Source: Bdellovibrionales bacterium (GTDB lineage Bacteria > Bdellovibrionota > Bdellovibrionia > Bdellovibrionales > UBA1609). From it: a DNA stretch of 46,841 bases. This document shows positions 28,348-37,381 of this stretch, in pieces. Within the stretch, counting starts at the first letter, position 1. Each line of letters starts with the position of its first letter. The notes below the pieces were generated by a model that was not told the DNA's origin, searched no databases, and was given only the letters and a program-made list of their open reading frames with translations. The position numbers and the translations under genes are program-made. The stretch lies in the NCBI GenBank assembly GCA_050246815.1, contig JBFWVI010000024.1, positions 1 through 46,841 on the forward strand, read 5' to 3'.

Positions 28348-31110
28348 TTAAGCGTCTCGTACCACTTGCTCCATGACGAAGGCTTCTATGATGTCACCCA
28401 CTTTGATGTCGTTGAAATTCTCGATGCCAATACCACACTCGAAGCCAGAGGCCACTTCTTTCGCGTCGTCTTTAAAGCGTTTAAGCGAACTGAGTTTTCC
28501 TTCGTAAATGATGCGTCCATCACGCACCAACCTGAGTTGGTTGCCACGCGTAATCTTGCCGTCGACCACAAACGAACCCGCGATAGTTCCAATTTTGGGA
28601 ACCACGAAGGTGTTGCGCACTTCGGCTCGACCGGTTTGCTTTTCCTTGAAAATAGGGTCCAGCATGCCGCTCATCATCTTCTTCAAATCATCGATCAATT
28701 CATAGATAATCGAATAGGTTTTGATTTCGACGCCTTTTTCTTTGGCCATGCGCTGAGCTTCGCCATCAGGTCGGACGTTAAAACCAATCACCATTCCTTT
28801 GGCCGTACTGGCCAACAAGATATCGCTTTCAGTAATTCCACCAATTGCCGAGTGAATCAGCTTTGGTTTCACTTCGGTGGTGCCAGCCTTGTCAATCATG
28901 CCTTTGACGGCCTCAAGGCTTCCGCCCACGTCCGCTTTCAAAATGAACGACAATTCCTTTTGATCACCTGTTTTCACTTTGGCAAACAACTGATCCAGTG
29001 TCATTTTTGAATTGGGCTGATCGCTGGTGGCTTTCACTTTACGCTGCTCGGCCAAACGTTTCGCCATCTCTTCGTCTTGCGCGACATCAAAATAATCTCC
29101 CGCCTGCGGTGGAGCAGGCAAGCCCATCACCTCGACTGCATAACCGGGGCTAACCTCTTTCACGATGACACCTTGGTCGTTCATCATACTTCGCACGCGC
29201 CCTATCACGGCCCCGGCAACAAAGTCATCGCCGACGCGTAACGTGCCATCTTTGACCAGCAACGTGGCCACGGCGCCTCGTCCCTTTTCCATACGGCTCT
29301 CAATCACCACACCGGTGGCCGAGCGCTTCGGATTGGCTTTGAGTTCTTGAACTTCCGCCACTAAGTGGATCTGCTCCAACAACTCTTTGATGCCCTCTTT
29401 TTTAAGAGCGGACACGGGGCAATAGATCGTGGTTCCTCCCCACTCCTCGGGAACCAATTCAAATTCAGTCAATTGCTGTTTAATTCGTTCAGGATTCGCG
29501 CCGGGACGATCCATTTTATTGATCGCCACGATGATCGGCACATTGGCCGCCTTCGCATGATTAATGGCCTCTGCCGTTTGGGGCATCATGCCGTCGTCCG
29601 CCGCCACCACAATCACCGCAATATCAGTGACATTGGCACCACGGGCACGCATGGCCGTGAAGGCCTCGTGGCCAGGAGTATCGATAAAAGTTGTTTTAAC
29701 GTCGTTTTCAAGGGACACGGTGTAAGCACCGATGTGTTGGGTAATGCCGCCGGCCTCCCCCTTAGCCACATCCGCGTTGCGAATGGCGTCAAGCAATGTG
29801 GTTTTACCGTGATCGACGTGACCCATAACGGTGACCACTGGGGGGCGCAAAACTTTTTCGGCAGTCAAATCACCTGAAGCTATGTCTTTCATCAACTCGG
29901 CGGCTGTGCGGTGAGTATTAACCGCTTCAAAGCCAAATTCAGGCGTAATCAAAGAGACCGTATCAAAATCTAAATCGGTTGTGATGGTAGCCATCACACC
30001 GTCAGTCATTAGTTTTTTAATCAACAGTGGGGCTTTGACGTTCATCGCAGCGGCCAGATCGCCAACCTTGATGGTGTTGTCCACCTTCACCACACGTTTG
30101 GAGGCTTTGGGCGTGGTGATTTGGGTCTTCTTGGCATCACGCCCTGTCATGGGCTTTTTCTTTTTCGGCTGGAAGATCACTTCGCGCTTACGGAATTCGG
30201 TGGCGGTGAAAACCTGTTCTTCCTCACGAGTTGGGGTGCGCTTTTTCTTTTCTTTTTCCTCGCGCTGGATCCGCTCTTGATCGGTTTCTTCGCGCGGCAT
30301 TTCGACCATCGGCATGGGCGCTACAAAACCAGGGCGAATGCCCCGGGGGGCCGTGCGTGAAGGGCGAGCACCAAATTGGCCCTGCTGCCCACCGCCCTGG
30401 AATCCACCTTCTCGGTTGGCTCCGCCGGGTGTCACCACACGACGTAAATCCATACGGCCAATGATGTTGCCACGGGTGCGACGTGGTTCCTCTGTCGTCC
30501 CCGTTGCGGCGGGAGACGCGCTCAAGGCCGCAACCCCGGGCCCTTCGGCTGGTGTCGTCTCACCTGTGATCTTTTCATCTTCCGCGGCTTCTCGATTTTG
30601 CGCGGCTACAGCCTGGGCTATGGCCTCTTGCTCAGCCAAAGCCTTGGCGCGCTCTTCTAACTCCCCTGCTTTACGACGAATGACACCGGGCCCCTTTTTA
30701 GCAGACGAACTTTTTGCAGTCGCTTTAGCGGGTGCTTCAGCCTCTACTGAAGATGCTTTCTTAACTGCGGGTGCCTTTTTGGGAGCCGCCTTTTTAGCCG
30801 CCGACTTTGTCACAGGCGCTTCCGCTTTTTTGACTGCTGGTTTGGCTTCGACTTTTTTCGCTTCAGCTTCAGGTTTGGCTTCGGCCGCCTTTTTTGTCGT
30901 GGCTACTGTTTTGCGAACTGCCTTCTTTTTTGCGGGCGCAGCAGCTTCTTGCTCGGCAGCCAAACGCGTGCGGATTTCAGTCATCAGACTTTCGTCCAGA
31001 AACGCCATGTGACTTTTCACAGGCAACTTCCACTCCCTGATTTTATCCATCAGGGCTAGAGTCTCCATGCCGATCTCTTTCGCGAACTCAAATACCTTAG
31101 GCTGCTCCAC
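28348..31110 (-). CDS. infB: Translation initiation factor IF-2
   Basis: [52 protein letters not shown]. Confidence 0.99.
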   Translation of the reverse strand: MEQPKVFEFAKEIGMETLALMDKIREWKLPVKSHMAFLDESLMTEIRTRLAAEQEAAAPAKKKAVRKTVATTKKAAEAKPEAEAKKVEAKPAVKKAEAPVTKSAAKKAAPKKAPAVKKASSVEAEAPAKATAKSSSAKKGPGVIRRKAGELEERAKALAEQEAIAQAVAAQNREAAEDEKITGETTPAEGPGVAALSASPAATGTTEEPRRTRGNIIGRMDLRRVVTPGGANREGGFQGGGQQGQFGARPSRTAPRGIRPGFVAPMPMVEMPREETDQERIQREEKEKKKRTPTREEEQVFTATEFRKREVIFQPKKKKPMTGRDAKKTQITTPKASKRVVKVDNTIKVGDLAAAMNVKAPLLIKKLMTDGVMATITTDLDFDTVSLITPEFGFEAVNTHRTAAELMKDIASGDLTAEKVLRPPVVTVMGHVDHGKTTLLDAIRNADVAKGEAGGITQHIGAYTVSLENDVKTTFIDTPGHEAFTAMRARGANVTDIAVIVVAADDGMMPQTAEAINHAKAANVPIIVAINKMDRPGANPERIKQQLTEFELVPEEWGGTTIYCPVSALKKEGIKELLEQIHLVAEVQELKANPKRSATGVVIESRMEKGRGAVATLLVKDGTLRVGDDFVAGAVIGRVRSMMNDQGVIVKEVSPGYAVEVMGLPAPPQAGDYFDVAQDEEMAKRLAEQRKVKATSDQPNSKMTLDQLFAKVKTGDQKELSFILKADVGGSLEAVKGMIDKAGTTEVKPKLIHSAIGGITESDILLASTAKGMVIGFNVRPDGEAQRMAKEKGVEIKTYSIIYELIDDLKKMMSGMLDPIFKEKQTGRAEVRNTFVVPKIGTIAGSFVVDGKITRGNQLRLVRDGRIIYEGKLSSLKRFKDDAKEVASGFECGIGIENFNDIKVGDIIEAFVMEQVVRDA

Positions 31111-31127
31111 TCGTCTTCCTCTCGATG

Positions 31128-32579
31128 TTACTGCTGGTCACCTTTGGGTGCGCTGTTGCCGTCAGCAACCTGATCCGCCGCCTCTGCCGAGCCCAGCTTT
31201 GCCATCTCTTCACGCAGCCGTTGTTCAGCTTGTGCTTTGGCACCACCTTGGCTGGTCACGTTGTCTTTGGCGGTTTTTGCGCCCACGATCGGGATCTCTT
31301 TGCCTTCTTTGATGTAAGCTTCCATCAGCGCCTCAGCATCGTCGATCAGCTTCTGCGCTTTTCCGGTGTCTTCATATCCTGGAATGTTGCTGACATCTTC
31401 CACTTCGGCATCGGCCAAAGCCGCGAACGAAATGAATCCAGATTGATAAATATTTTGTGCCATGGTTTCGGTCATGCCAGGGATCAGCATCAAATTTAGA
31501 ATCGATTCTGCGGTTTTTTGCGCCTGCGCCGATTCAGACATGATGTCCAAACCCCAACCAGTCAGTTTTGCAGCCAAACGCACGTTTTGGCCTTTTTTGC
31601 CGATCGCCAAGCTGAGCTGGGTGTCGGGCACCACGATTTCCATTTTTTTATTGGCTTCATCCACGAACACTTTTGAAATTTCCGCGGGAGCCAAAGCGTT
31701 GCAGACAAAGCGCGCAGTGTCTTCGTCCCAGTTCACAATATCGATCTTTTCACCGCGCAACTCTTGCACGATGTTTTGCACGCGCGATCCTTTCATGCCA
31801 ACGCAGGCGCCTACCGGATCCACGGCGGCGTCTTTGCTGCGTACGGCGATCTTGGCACGAAAACCGGGTTCACGAGCGGCCGCCATGATCTCGACAATGC
31901 CGTCGTAGATCTCGGGAACTTCCAATTCAAATAATTTGGCCAGATAGCGACTGTCCGCACGCGACATGATGATCTGGGGGCCACGTGTGGTCTGGCGCAC
32001 GTCGGCGATGTAGCCCTGCAAACGATCGCCGGGTTTGTACTGTTCACCTGGAATTTGCTCACGCGGCGGAATGTAAGCTTCGGTTTTACCCAAATCCACC
32101 ACAATCGCACCACGCTCCACACGGCGGGCGATGCCCGACGCGATCTCGCCTTTGCGCTGTTCGAATTCCGCAAAAATAATTTCACGTTCGGCGTCACGCA
32201 CCCGTTGAGTGATGATTTGCTTCGCCATTTGCGCCGCGATACGGCCCAGATCGCGAGACTCTAGCTTGGCTCCAATCGAGTCCGCAAGCTGTGCTTCAGG
32301 ATCCAACTCACGCGCTTCGGACAGTTTGATTTCGACCTCTTCATCGATGAAATCTTCGTCGTTGACGACTTCTTTGAACTCGTAAAGTTCGACTTCGCCG
32401 CTTTCTTCGTTGTACTGGGCTTCGATCTCGCGATAGGTGCCGTATTTTTTGCGGGCGGCGGCAAGCATCCCTTGCACCACGGCATCGATCACCAAGTTTT
32501 TATCAATCCCTTTGTCTTTGCCGACCTGTTCAATCATGCGGCTCAGTTCAGAGAATACGTTTTCGGCGGCCATACTCAT
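31128..32579 (-). CDS. nusA: Transcription termination/antitermination factor NusA
   Basis: GRIAAQ.AKQ, EVPEIYDG, AREPG.RAKIAV, GACVGMKGSRV, AIGKKGQNVRLA. Confidence 0.99.
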   Translation of the reverse strand: MSMAAENVFSELSRMIEQVGKDKGIDKNLVIDAVVQGMLAAARKKYGTYREIEAQYNEESGEVELYEFKEVVNDEDFIDEEVEIKLSEARELDPEAQLADSIGAKLESRDLGRIAAQMAKQIITQRVRDAEREIIFAEFEQRKGEIASGIARRVERGAIVVDLGKTEAYIPPREQIPGEQYKPGDRLQGYIADVRQTTRGPQIIMSRADSRYLAKLFELEVPEIYDGIVEIMAAAREPGFRAKIAVRSKDAAVDPVGACVGMKGSRVQNIVQELRGEKIDIVNWDEDTARFVCNALAPAEISKVFVDEANKKMEIVVPDTQLSLAIGKKGQNVRLAAKLTGWGLDIMSESAQAQKTAESILNLMLIPGMTETMAQNIYQSGFISFAALADAEVEDVSNIPGYEDTGKAQKLIDDAEALMEAYIKEGKEIPIVGAKTAKDNVTSQGGAKAQAEQRLREEMAKLGSAEAADQVADGNSAPKGDQQ

Positions 32580-33100
32580 TACCTCTTCTTTTTACCCTTG
32601 GGATGGTTCTTTGCCACTTCCAGGCGCAATTGCGCTTTGCTGACTGCGGTCAGCGGCACCGACCAATCCCGATCATCTTTGCGAATGGTTAAAATTTCGT
32701 TTTCAAATTTTTCCAAAGTTCCGTCCAACAATGTTTGCGGCGTAACATCCTTCAGGCCACCATCGACCGGTGCACTGGTTTTGATTCTCACGCTTTGGCC
32801 CACGGCTTTACCGAAGTGCCAGGGCTGAGTTAAGTGGCGTTCGACACCTGGGCTTGAAACCTCCAGGTCATAAGCGCCCCCTGGAATTAAACTGTCGTCT
32901 GAATCTAAAATCGAATTTAAACCTCGCGACACATTGGCGCAATCGTCCAAACTGATTTGACCTTCATTGCGATCGATATAAATACGCAAGATCCGGCCAT
33001 TTTGTCCGCCGGTGAATTCCAAATCATAAAGCAAACAGCCTTCGCGGCGGCTCACTTGATCAGCAAGGTCTCGGACTTTTTCAAGCCCTTCCATCTGCAT
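32579..33100 (-). CDS. rimP: Ribosome maturation factor RimP (start moved to about 33100)
   Basis: LRIYID, LDDC..VSR, Y.LEVSSPG.ER.L; TAATG overlap with nusA; GAGGA RBS. Confidence 0.95.
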   Translation of the reverse strand: MQMEGLEKVRDLADQVSRREGCLLYDLEFTGGQNGRILRIYIDRNEGQISLDDCANVSRGLNSILDSDDSLIPGGAYDLEVSSPGVERHLTQPWHFGKAVGQSVRIKTSAPVDGGLKDVTPQTLLDGTLEKFENEILTIRKDDRDWSVPLTAVSKAQLRLEVAKNHPKGKKKR

Positions 33101-33118
33101 CAAACTATCCTCAATCCC

Positions 33119-33143
33119 AAAAAAAAGAGGGCCAAAGGCCCTC
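33119..33143 (-). terminator. rimP-leader terminator/attenuator hairpin
   Basis: GAGGGCC-TTT-GGCCCTC-T8 immediately upstream of the rimP RBS. Confidence 0.75.
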
Positions 33144-33188
33144 ATGTGAGATCGATGAATAGCAAAATTCTTAAGTGGAAGCAAGGAC

Positions 33189-33635
33189 TTATCGTAAGGT
33201 ATAAAGAACCGCAGCGCCCCCATCCTGGTAATATTTGCGCCGCTCGCCAACCTGGCGAAATCCTAGCTTTTTATAAAGATTCTGGGCCGCTAGATTGGCC
33301 TCGTGAACCTCCAGCCAAAGCTCCACACCCTGGGGCCGCAGGTCCGCAACGGATTTGAGCAGCCGTGTCATATCTCCTTGCCGCTGTCGGCCGGGGTTGG
33401 TGGCCAACACCACGATGTCCCAAACTTGGCCCTGATCACGCAGCAGCACCAGCGCGTGCAGCTTACCCGCTTCACACCAGCCATAGCCTAAGCCCTTTTC
33501 AAGTTCGGTTTCGACCAGGCGTAGACTCCAACCTCCGCCCAGCGGGTACGCGGGTTTTTCATAAACCATTTTGAGTAAAGAAAAGACGGCACCGGCGTCA
33601 GCGACTTGAAGCTTTTTAAGCTGCCCTAAAGACAT
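33189..33635 (-). CDS. rimI: RimI-like GNAT acetyltransferase
   Basis: LAT.P..QRQG, WLEV...N..A..LY.KLGF..VG.R.KYY.DG. Confidence 0.8.
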   Translation of the reverse strand: MSLGQLKKLQVADAGAVFSLLKMVYEKPAYPLGGGWSLRLVETELEKGLGYGWCEAGKLHALVLLRDQGQVWDIVVLATNPGRQRQGDMTRLLKSVADLRPQGVELWLEVHEANLAAQNLYKKLGFRQVGERRKYYQDGGAAVLYTLR

Positions 33636-34273
33636 CAGATCTCCGCCAAAAAATTTCGAACCTGATATTTGCTTTGCAGGATTTCAAACCAATCTTTCAA
33701 GCGGCGCTCCACCTGCTGGCGGGCTAACAATCCCTTAATATTGGAACGAAAGTGCCCAAAAGGCAGATTGCCGAATTTCACTCGATTTTGTTCAAAGTAA
33801 CGCTGAGCTTCGACATCGCTCACCGGGATCACCGAAGAGTCGGCACGAAATCGAATGAACTTTTTGGCCTGCAGTTTTCTTTGCAAAGCCTCTTGCATCT
33901 CTTTGCTGCTGACACGCAGATTTTTCCACGCCGGCATTTTGCTTAGAGTTTTTTTAACGCGACCGGCAGCCAAGCTTAATTCCTCGCTGGAGGCCTTGGA
34001 TACCTCCATGTTGGCGGCCTCCATAAAGATCACCCATTCAAGTAACACGGCCGTCACCTGTTTTGAAAATGCCGGGCTATCTGTGTCGCTTAATATTTTG
34101 ATCGGCTTGTCTTTTTTCTCGGGGTAAAGCAATTGCTCAAGGGCCTGATTGATTTGCACTTCACGACTGGTGACCACATGGTTACGCACCTGGCCCACGG
34201 CGATAGAGAGAATCTTAGCCGACACTTGGATCGAGCTCATTGTCAGTAGAAAGGAAACCCAGACTAGCTTCAT
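33635..34273 (-). CDS. Hypothetical exported protein with SurA N-terminal-like helical fold
   Basis: Signal peptide; AVGQV.NHVVTSREV and W...L..KY.V resemble SurA N- and C-terminal segments; no PPIase motif. Confidence 0.6.
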   Translation of the reverse strand: MKLVWVSFLLTMSSIQVSAKILSIAVGQVRNHVVTSREVQINQALEQLLYPEKKDKPIKILSDTDSPAFSKQVTAVLLEWVIFMEAANMEVSKASSEELSLAAGRVKKTLSKMPAWKNLRVSSKEMQEALQRKLQAKKFIRFRADSSVIPVSDVEAQRYFEQNRVKFGNLPFGHFRSNIKGLLARQQVERRLKDWFEILQSKYQVRNFLAEI

Positions 34274-34279
34274 GTGATC

Positions 34280-34308
34280 ATTTTGTCAGAGTCAATTTCA
34301 AAACGCAA
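34280..34308 (-). promoter_or_regulatory. Sigma-70-like promoter 6 nt from ATG (probable leaderless mRNA)
   Basis: TTGCGT-N17-CAAAAT with extended TG, then GATCAC-ATG; no Shine-Dalgarno. Confidence 0.5.
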
Positions 34309-34383
34309 ACCGCGGGGCGCATGATCACTCGGTTGTAAATCTTCGCCCCATCCGCTCGCGCTCGACACAAGCATCATTTAAGC

Positions 34384-34415
34384 AAAAAAGCCGGCGTTCC
34401 CAACGAAACACCGGC
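34384..34415 (-). terminator. Intrinsic terminator
   Basis: GCCGGTGTTTC-GTTG-GGAACGCCGGC-TTTTTT on the minus strand. Confidence 0.8.
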
Positions 34416-34446
34416 CCCACGAGAATGCAAATCACCCAAACCGATC

Positions 34447-35526
34447 CTAGAAGCGAATTTTACCACTGATCAAGAGCAACGAGTAATCGGTTTCTTCCAC
34501 CAGCTGCGTGCCGGCGGCGCGATATTGACGCGACAAGATTTCCGATTCGTTGCGATAGATCAGGTTGGTGTTGTAGCGATACTCAACACCCACCGAAAAG
34601 CCTTCCGACACGGCCACATCCAGACCCAAGATCAAACCCAAATCGAATGCGTTCGAGGTGGCTTCGTTTTCTTGCGGTATGTAACCACCGCTCCAGGTGT
34701 AAACTAGGCGGTCGAAGTACTTACGATAGGTGTAGCTCATGCTGGCGCCGACAAAAGGCTTGATTTTGCCGGTCAACAATCCGTACTTCACGCCCAAACC
34801 GATATTGTATTGGTCCAACTCTTTAAAGATGGCTTGGCCTGTGACCCAGCGGTAGTCATCCATAAAGTAGTTCGAATACATCAAGCTTGCTTCCACGATC
34901 ACGCGCTCGTCCAACTCAGAACCGACGGTAAAACCGGCCGCGCCCTGACCTTCGATATTCGAAGCATCCGGATAATCGGCGGTACCCACGGCGCCTGAGA
35001 TGTAATAGCGTTTACGAGGTGGCTCTTCTTTGGGAATTTCCATCGACACCGAAGCTTTTTCTTCTTTGATCGCGTCGATAATCTCTTTTTTAGCTGAATT
35101 CAGCTCGTCAGAAGAAACTTTTTTCTCAGTTTCAACGGGCACCACAACCTGCTGTTGAGGCATTTCCTGCTGTTGATAAACAGGGGCCGGGGCCGCTTCG
35201 ACTTTTTTCTCTTCTTCTTGCGGGCCCAATTTATTGCCAAACAAGCGATCTGCGCGCTTCTTCTCGTCTTCCAAGCGCGATTCCTCGAGCTTTTCGACGA
35301 TTTTCTGCTCGGTTTGAATCTCATGCTCTTGGCGGCGCTTACGCAGACGCTCAGCCTGAGATTCCTCTAATGGAGTGGCCTCCACAGTCGTGGTTGGCTG
35401 CTCCACAACCACAGTTGTGGTGGTCGTTGTGGCTTGCGCCGCCGTTTGCGTTTTAACGTCTTGGGCCACGGCAAATTGGCTGATCGCCAAAACCGAGATC
35501 ACCATCGAGCGCGACAAAAGATTCAT
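34447..35526 (-). CDS. Exported coiled-coil + OmpA-like (8-strand) outer-membrane beta-barrel protein (start ATG 35526)
   Basis: Signal peptide (AVA|Q); Thr-rich linker, charged coiled-coil; KPFVGAS.SY, VGVEYRY, ends SGKIRF; AAGGGGAG RBS. Confidence 0.8.
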   Translation of the reverse strand: MNLLSRSMVISVLAISQFAVAQDVKTQTAAQATTTTTTVVVEQPTTTVEATPLEESQAERLRKRRQEHEIQTEQKIVEKLEESRLEDEKKRADRLFGNKLGPQEEEKKVEAAPAPVYQQQEMPQQQVVVPVETEKKVSSDELNSAKKEIIDAIKEEKASVSMEIPKEEPPRKRYYISGAVGTADYPDASNIEGQGAAGFTVGSELDERVIVEASLMYSNYFMDDYRWVTGQAIFKELDQYNIGLGVKYGLLTGKIKPFVGASMSYTYRKYFDRLVYTWSGGYIPQENEATSNAFDLGLILGLDVAVSEGFSVGVEYRYNTNLIYRNESEILSRQYRAAGTQLVEETDYSLLLISGKIRF

Positions 35527-35568
35527 ACAGGACTCCCCTTTAATAAAAGGACTACGACGCACTGCATA

Positions 35569-35584
35569 AGCAACCGCCATGCCT
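35569..35584 (-). promoter_or_regulatory. Sigma-54-like -24/-12 promoter
   Basis: AGGCATGGCGGTTGCT: GG-N10-GC, about 40 nt upstream of ATG 35526. Confidence 0.55.
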
Positions 35585-35815
35585 AGTTAAGGCTGGCCAT
35601 AATAGGAGTCTCTGATATGCGTCTATTTATATATAAATACTTATGTTTTTCTGCATTTTGAGTCTTTATTAAGACTTCCCTAACCCTGCCTGTAAATCCA
35701 ACAATCTTGTAGTTTTTGCACGCTCAAATTGAGCTTTAGGACGTTTTAGGCCGCAAAGAAATCGATTGAAAGCTGAGGCTAAATCCCTTACCACACTACG
35801 TTCCACATCTGGCTT

Positions 35816-35902
35816 GCCCCTGTGGCGGAACTGGTAAACGCAGTGGATTCAAAATCCACCGATGGCAACATCTTGGGAGTTCGAGTCTCCCCGGGGGCAC
35901 CA
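35816..35902 (+). tRNA. tRNA-Leu(CAA)
   Basis: Acceptor GCCCCTG/CGGGGGC-ACCA, anticodon arm GTGGA-TTCAAAA-TCCAC, long variable arm, GTTCGAGTC T-loop, encoded CCA. Confidence 0.97.
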
Positions 35903-35928
35903 AAAAGCTAGAATGTGCGATCGCCCGC

Positions 35929-36483
35929 CTAGAATATTGGCAGACCGGTTGAGTCGTAATAGCCATCACAATCGCTGTCGACATTTAAGAATTCCTGACA
36001 CCAAAGAGGCAACTCAGAAACATCGCCTGGAGGATCGTCGCTGACTGGGTCCTCATTCGCAGGGTCTTCGACGGGTGCACCCTCATCGCCTTCCGCCTGA
36101 TCATCACCAGGCAGCTCTCCGCCGGAGTCATCAGCCGAGCAGAACCCCAAGTAGTCTTTCATCTCATGATCGCCGCCATGATCAAGATGAGCCAAAGCCG
36201 CTCTCAACGGCAAAACCATATCTTTTGAATTCGTCGGATTACCCGGCGGGCGATGGCAGATTTGCACGCAAACCTGGCTACCCTGGCACTCCACTATATG
36301 TGGGGCTAGCTGTTCATGACTTGCATCGGCTAAAGCTACCTTTTGCCCGTTTTCCGATGAAGATGAAATTGACACATCGGTTTGTTCATTGCCATTTTGC
36401 GTTCCGTTGCAAGCCGCAAAGCCTACGCAATACAACAAAACGACCGAAAAGCGCAGACTCAGATAGCGCGACAAATTCTTCAT
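35929..36483 (-). CDS. Putative lipoprotein with ICHxPPGN His/Cys domain and acidic C-terminus
   Basis: Lipobox FAA|C; ICHRPPGNP...AHLDHG...DYLGFC; DSDCDG tail. Confidence 0.75.
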   Translation of the reverse strand: MKNLSRYLSLRFSVVLLYCVGFAACNGTQNGNEQTDVSISSSSENGQKVALADASHEQLAPHIVECQGSQVCVQICHRPPGNPTNSKDMVLPLRAALAHLDHGGDHEMKDYLGFCSADDSGGELPGDDQAEGDEGAPVEDPANEDPVSDDPPGDVSELPLWCQEFLNVDSDCDGYYDSTGLPIF

Positions 36484-36848
36484 AACCGACCCCTCTATCA
36501 AAAAATGACAGCATCAAAACCGTCGAATTTCAGATTACGAGCGTCAGGTTACATACAGCTTGGACTATCTATGCTTACATTTTACGCTGATCCTGAACCG
36601 ACCGCAAAAATGTCGACAGATAATCTTGAATTACGGCGTCCCAAAGTGAAATTGACAAAAATCCGCCTAATGTTTTGACGAGTCCCGCGCACAAACCCTC
36701 AGCCACCCTCTAAAAAAAGAACCACGCATTAATAAGTGGGTCAGCCCCCCCCCTAAGGAATCTTTTTTCGCTTCGTGTTGCCACTTTCTTCGCATTTGAC
36801 TGGCTCGCAAGACTGGCTGAAGATTTTGGAACTTTAAGGAGACTTCGA

Positions 36849-37346
36849 ATGAAAAACTCGCTTCGACTTATGATGATCTTGGCTTTGAGCTCTATGGCGG
36901 CACCGGCCTTCGCCAACAGCTCAATTTATGGTGCTTTTGGCTTCACCGAAGGCGGTTTTGCTCTGGGTGTGGATTATGAATACACTGGCATGGGCGATTA
37001 CGGGGTCGGTGGTTATGTGCGCATCTATCAAAAAGATGATGACACCTCCGGCGGCACTTCTGCTGGATTGACCACTGTGGGCGCCTTTATCCGCCCTCAC
37101 TTCAACAAAAAGAAGTGGGACATGTATGTCTCCCCCGGCCTTGCCATCATCCAAATCGACGGCGTGTCGAACCCGCCGGGCGATTCAACCACCTTGGGCC
37201 CGTCCATGGCGCTGGGTCTGCTTTATGAAATGACCGGCAGCGTGGCCTTGGGTGTGGAAAGCATGAGCACTTGGGTTTGGTTTGACGAAGATTATCGCGG
37301 CCAAGTCATGGAAGATCTGATGCTGCGTTTTCGTATGAGCTTCTAA
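36849..37346 (+). CDS. Small outer-membrane beta-barrel protein
   Basis: Signal peptide (AFA|N); 8 amphipathic strands; ends LRFRMSF; AAGGAG RBS. Confidence 0.8.
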   Translation: MKNSLRLMMILALSSMAAPAFANSSIYGAFGFTEGGFALGVDYEYTGMGDYGVGGYVRIYQKDDDTSGGTSAGLTTVGAFIRPHFNKKKWDMYVSPGLAIIQIDGVSNPPGDSTTLGPSMALGLLYEMTGSVALGVESMSTWVWFDEDYRGQVMEDLMLRFRMSF

Positions 37347-37381
37347 TCTGATGCCTCTTGCATGCACGCGCGACCGGCGCC

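Noticed and set aside
30700..30960. Ala/Lys-rich repeats (AKKA, KKAP) in infB
   Set aside because: Ordinary low-complexity IF-2 N-terminal linker, not a DNA repeat element
30314..31012. 232-aa plus-strand ORF and other long antisense ORFs over infB, pnp, ppiD and the S8 gene
   Set aside because: Shadow frames of well-supported genes; low-complexity translation with no motifs
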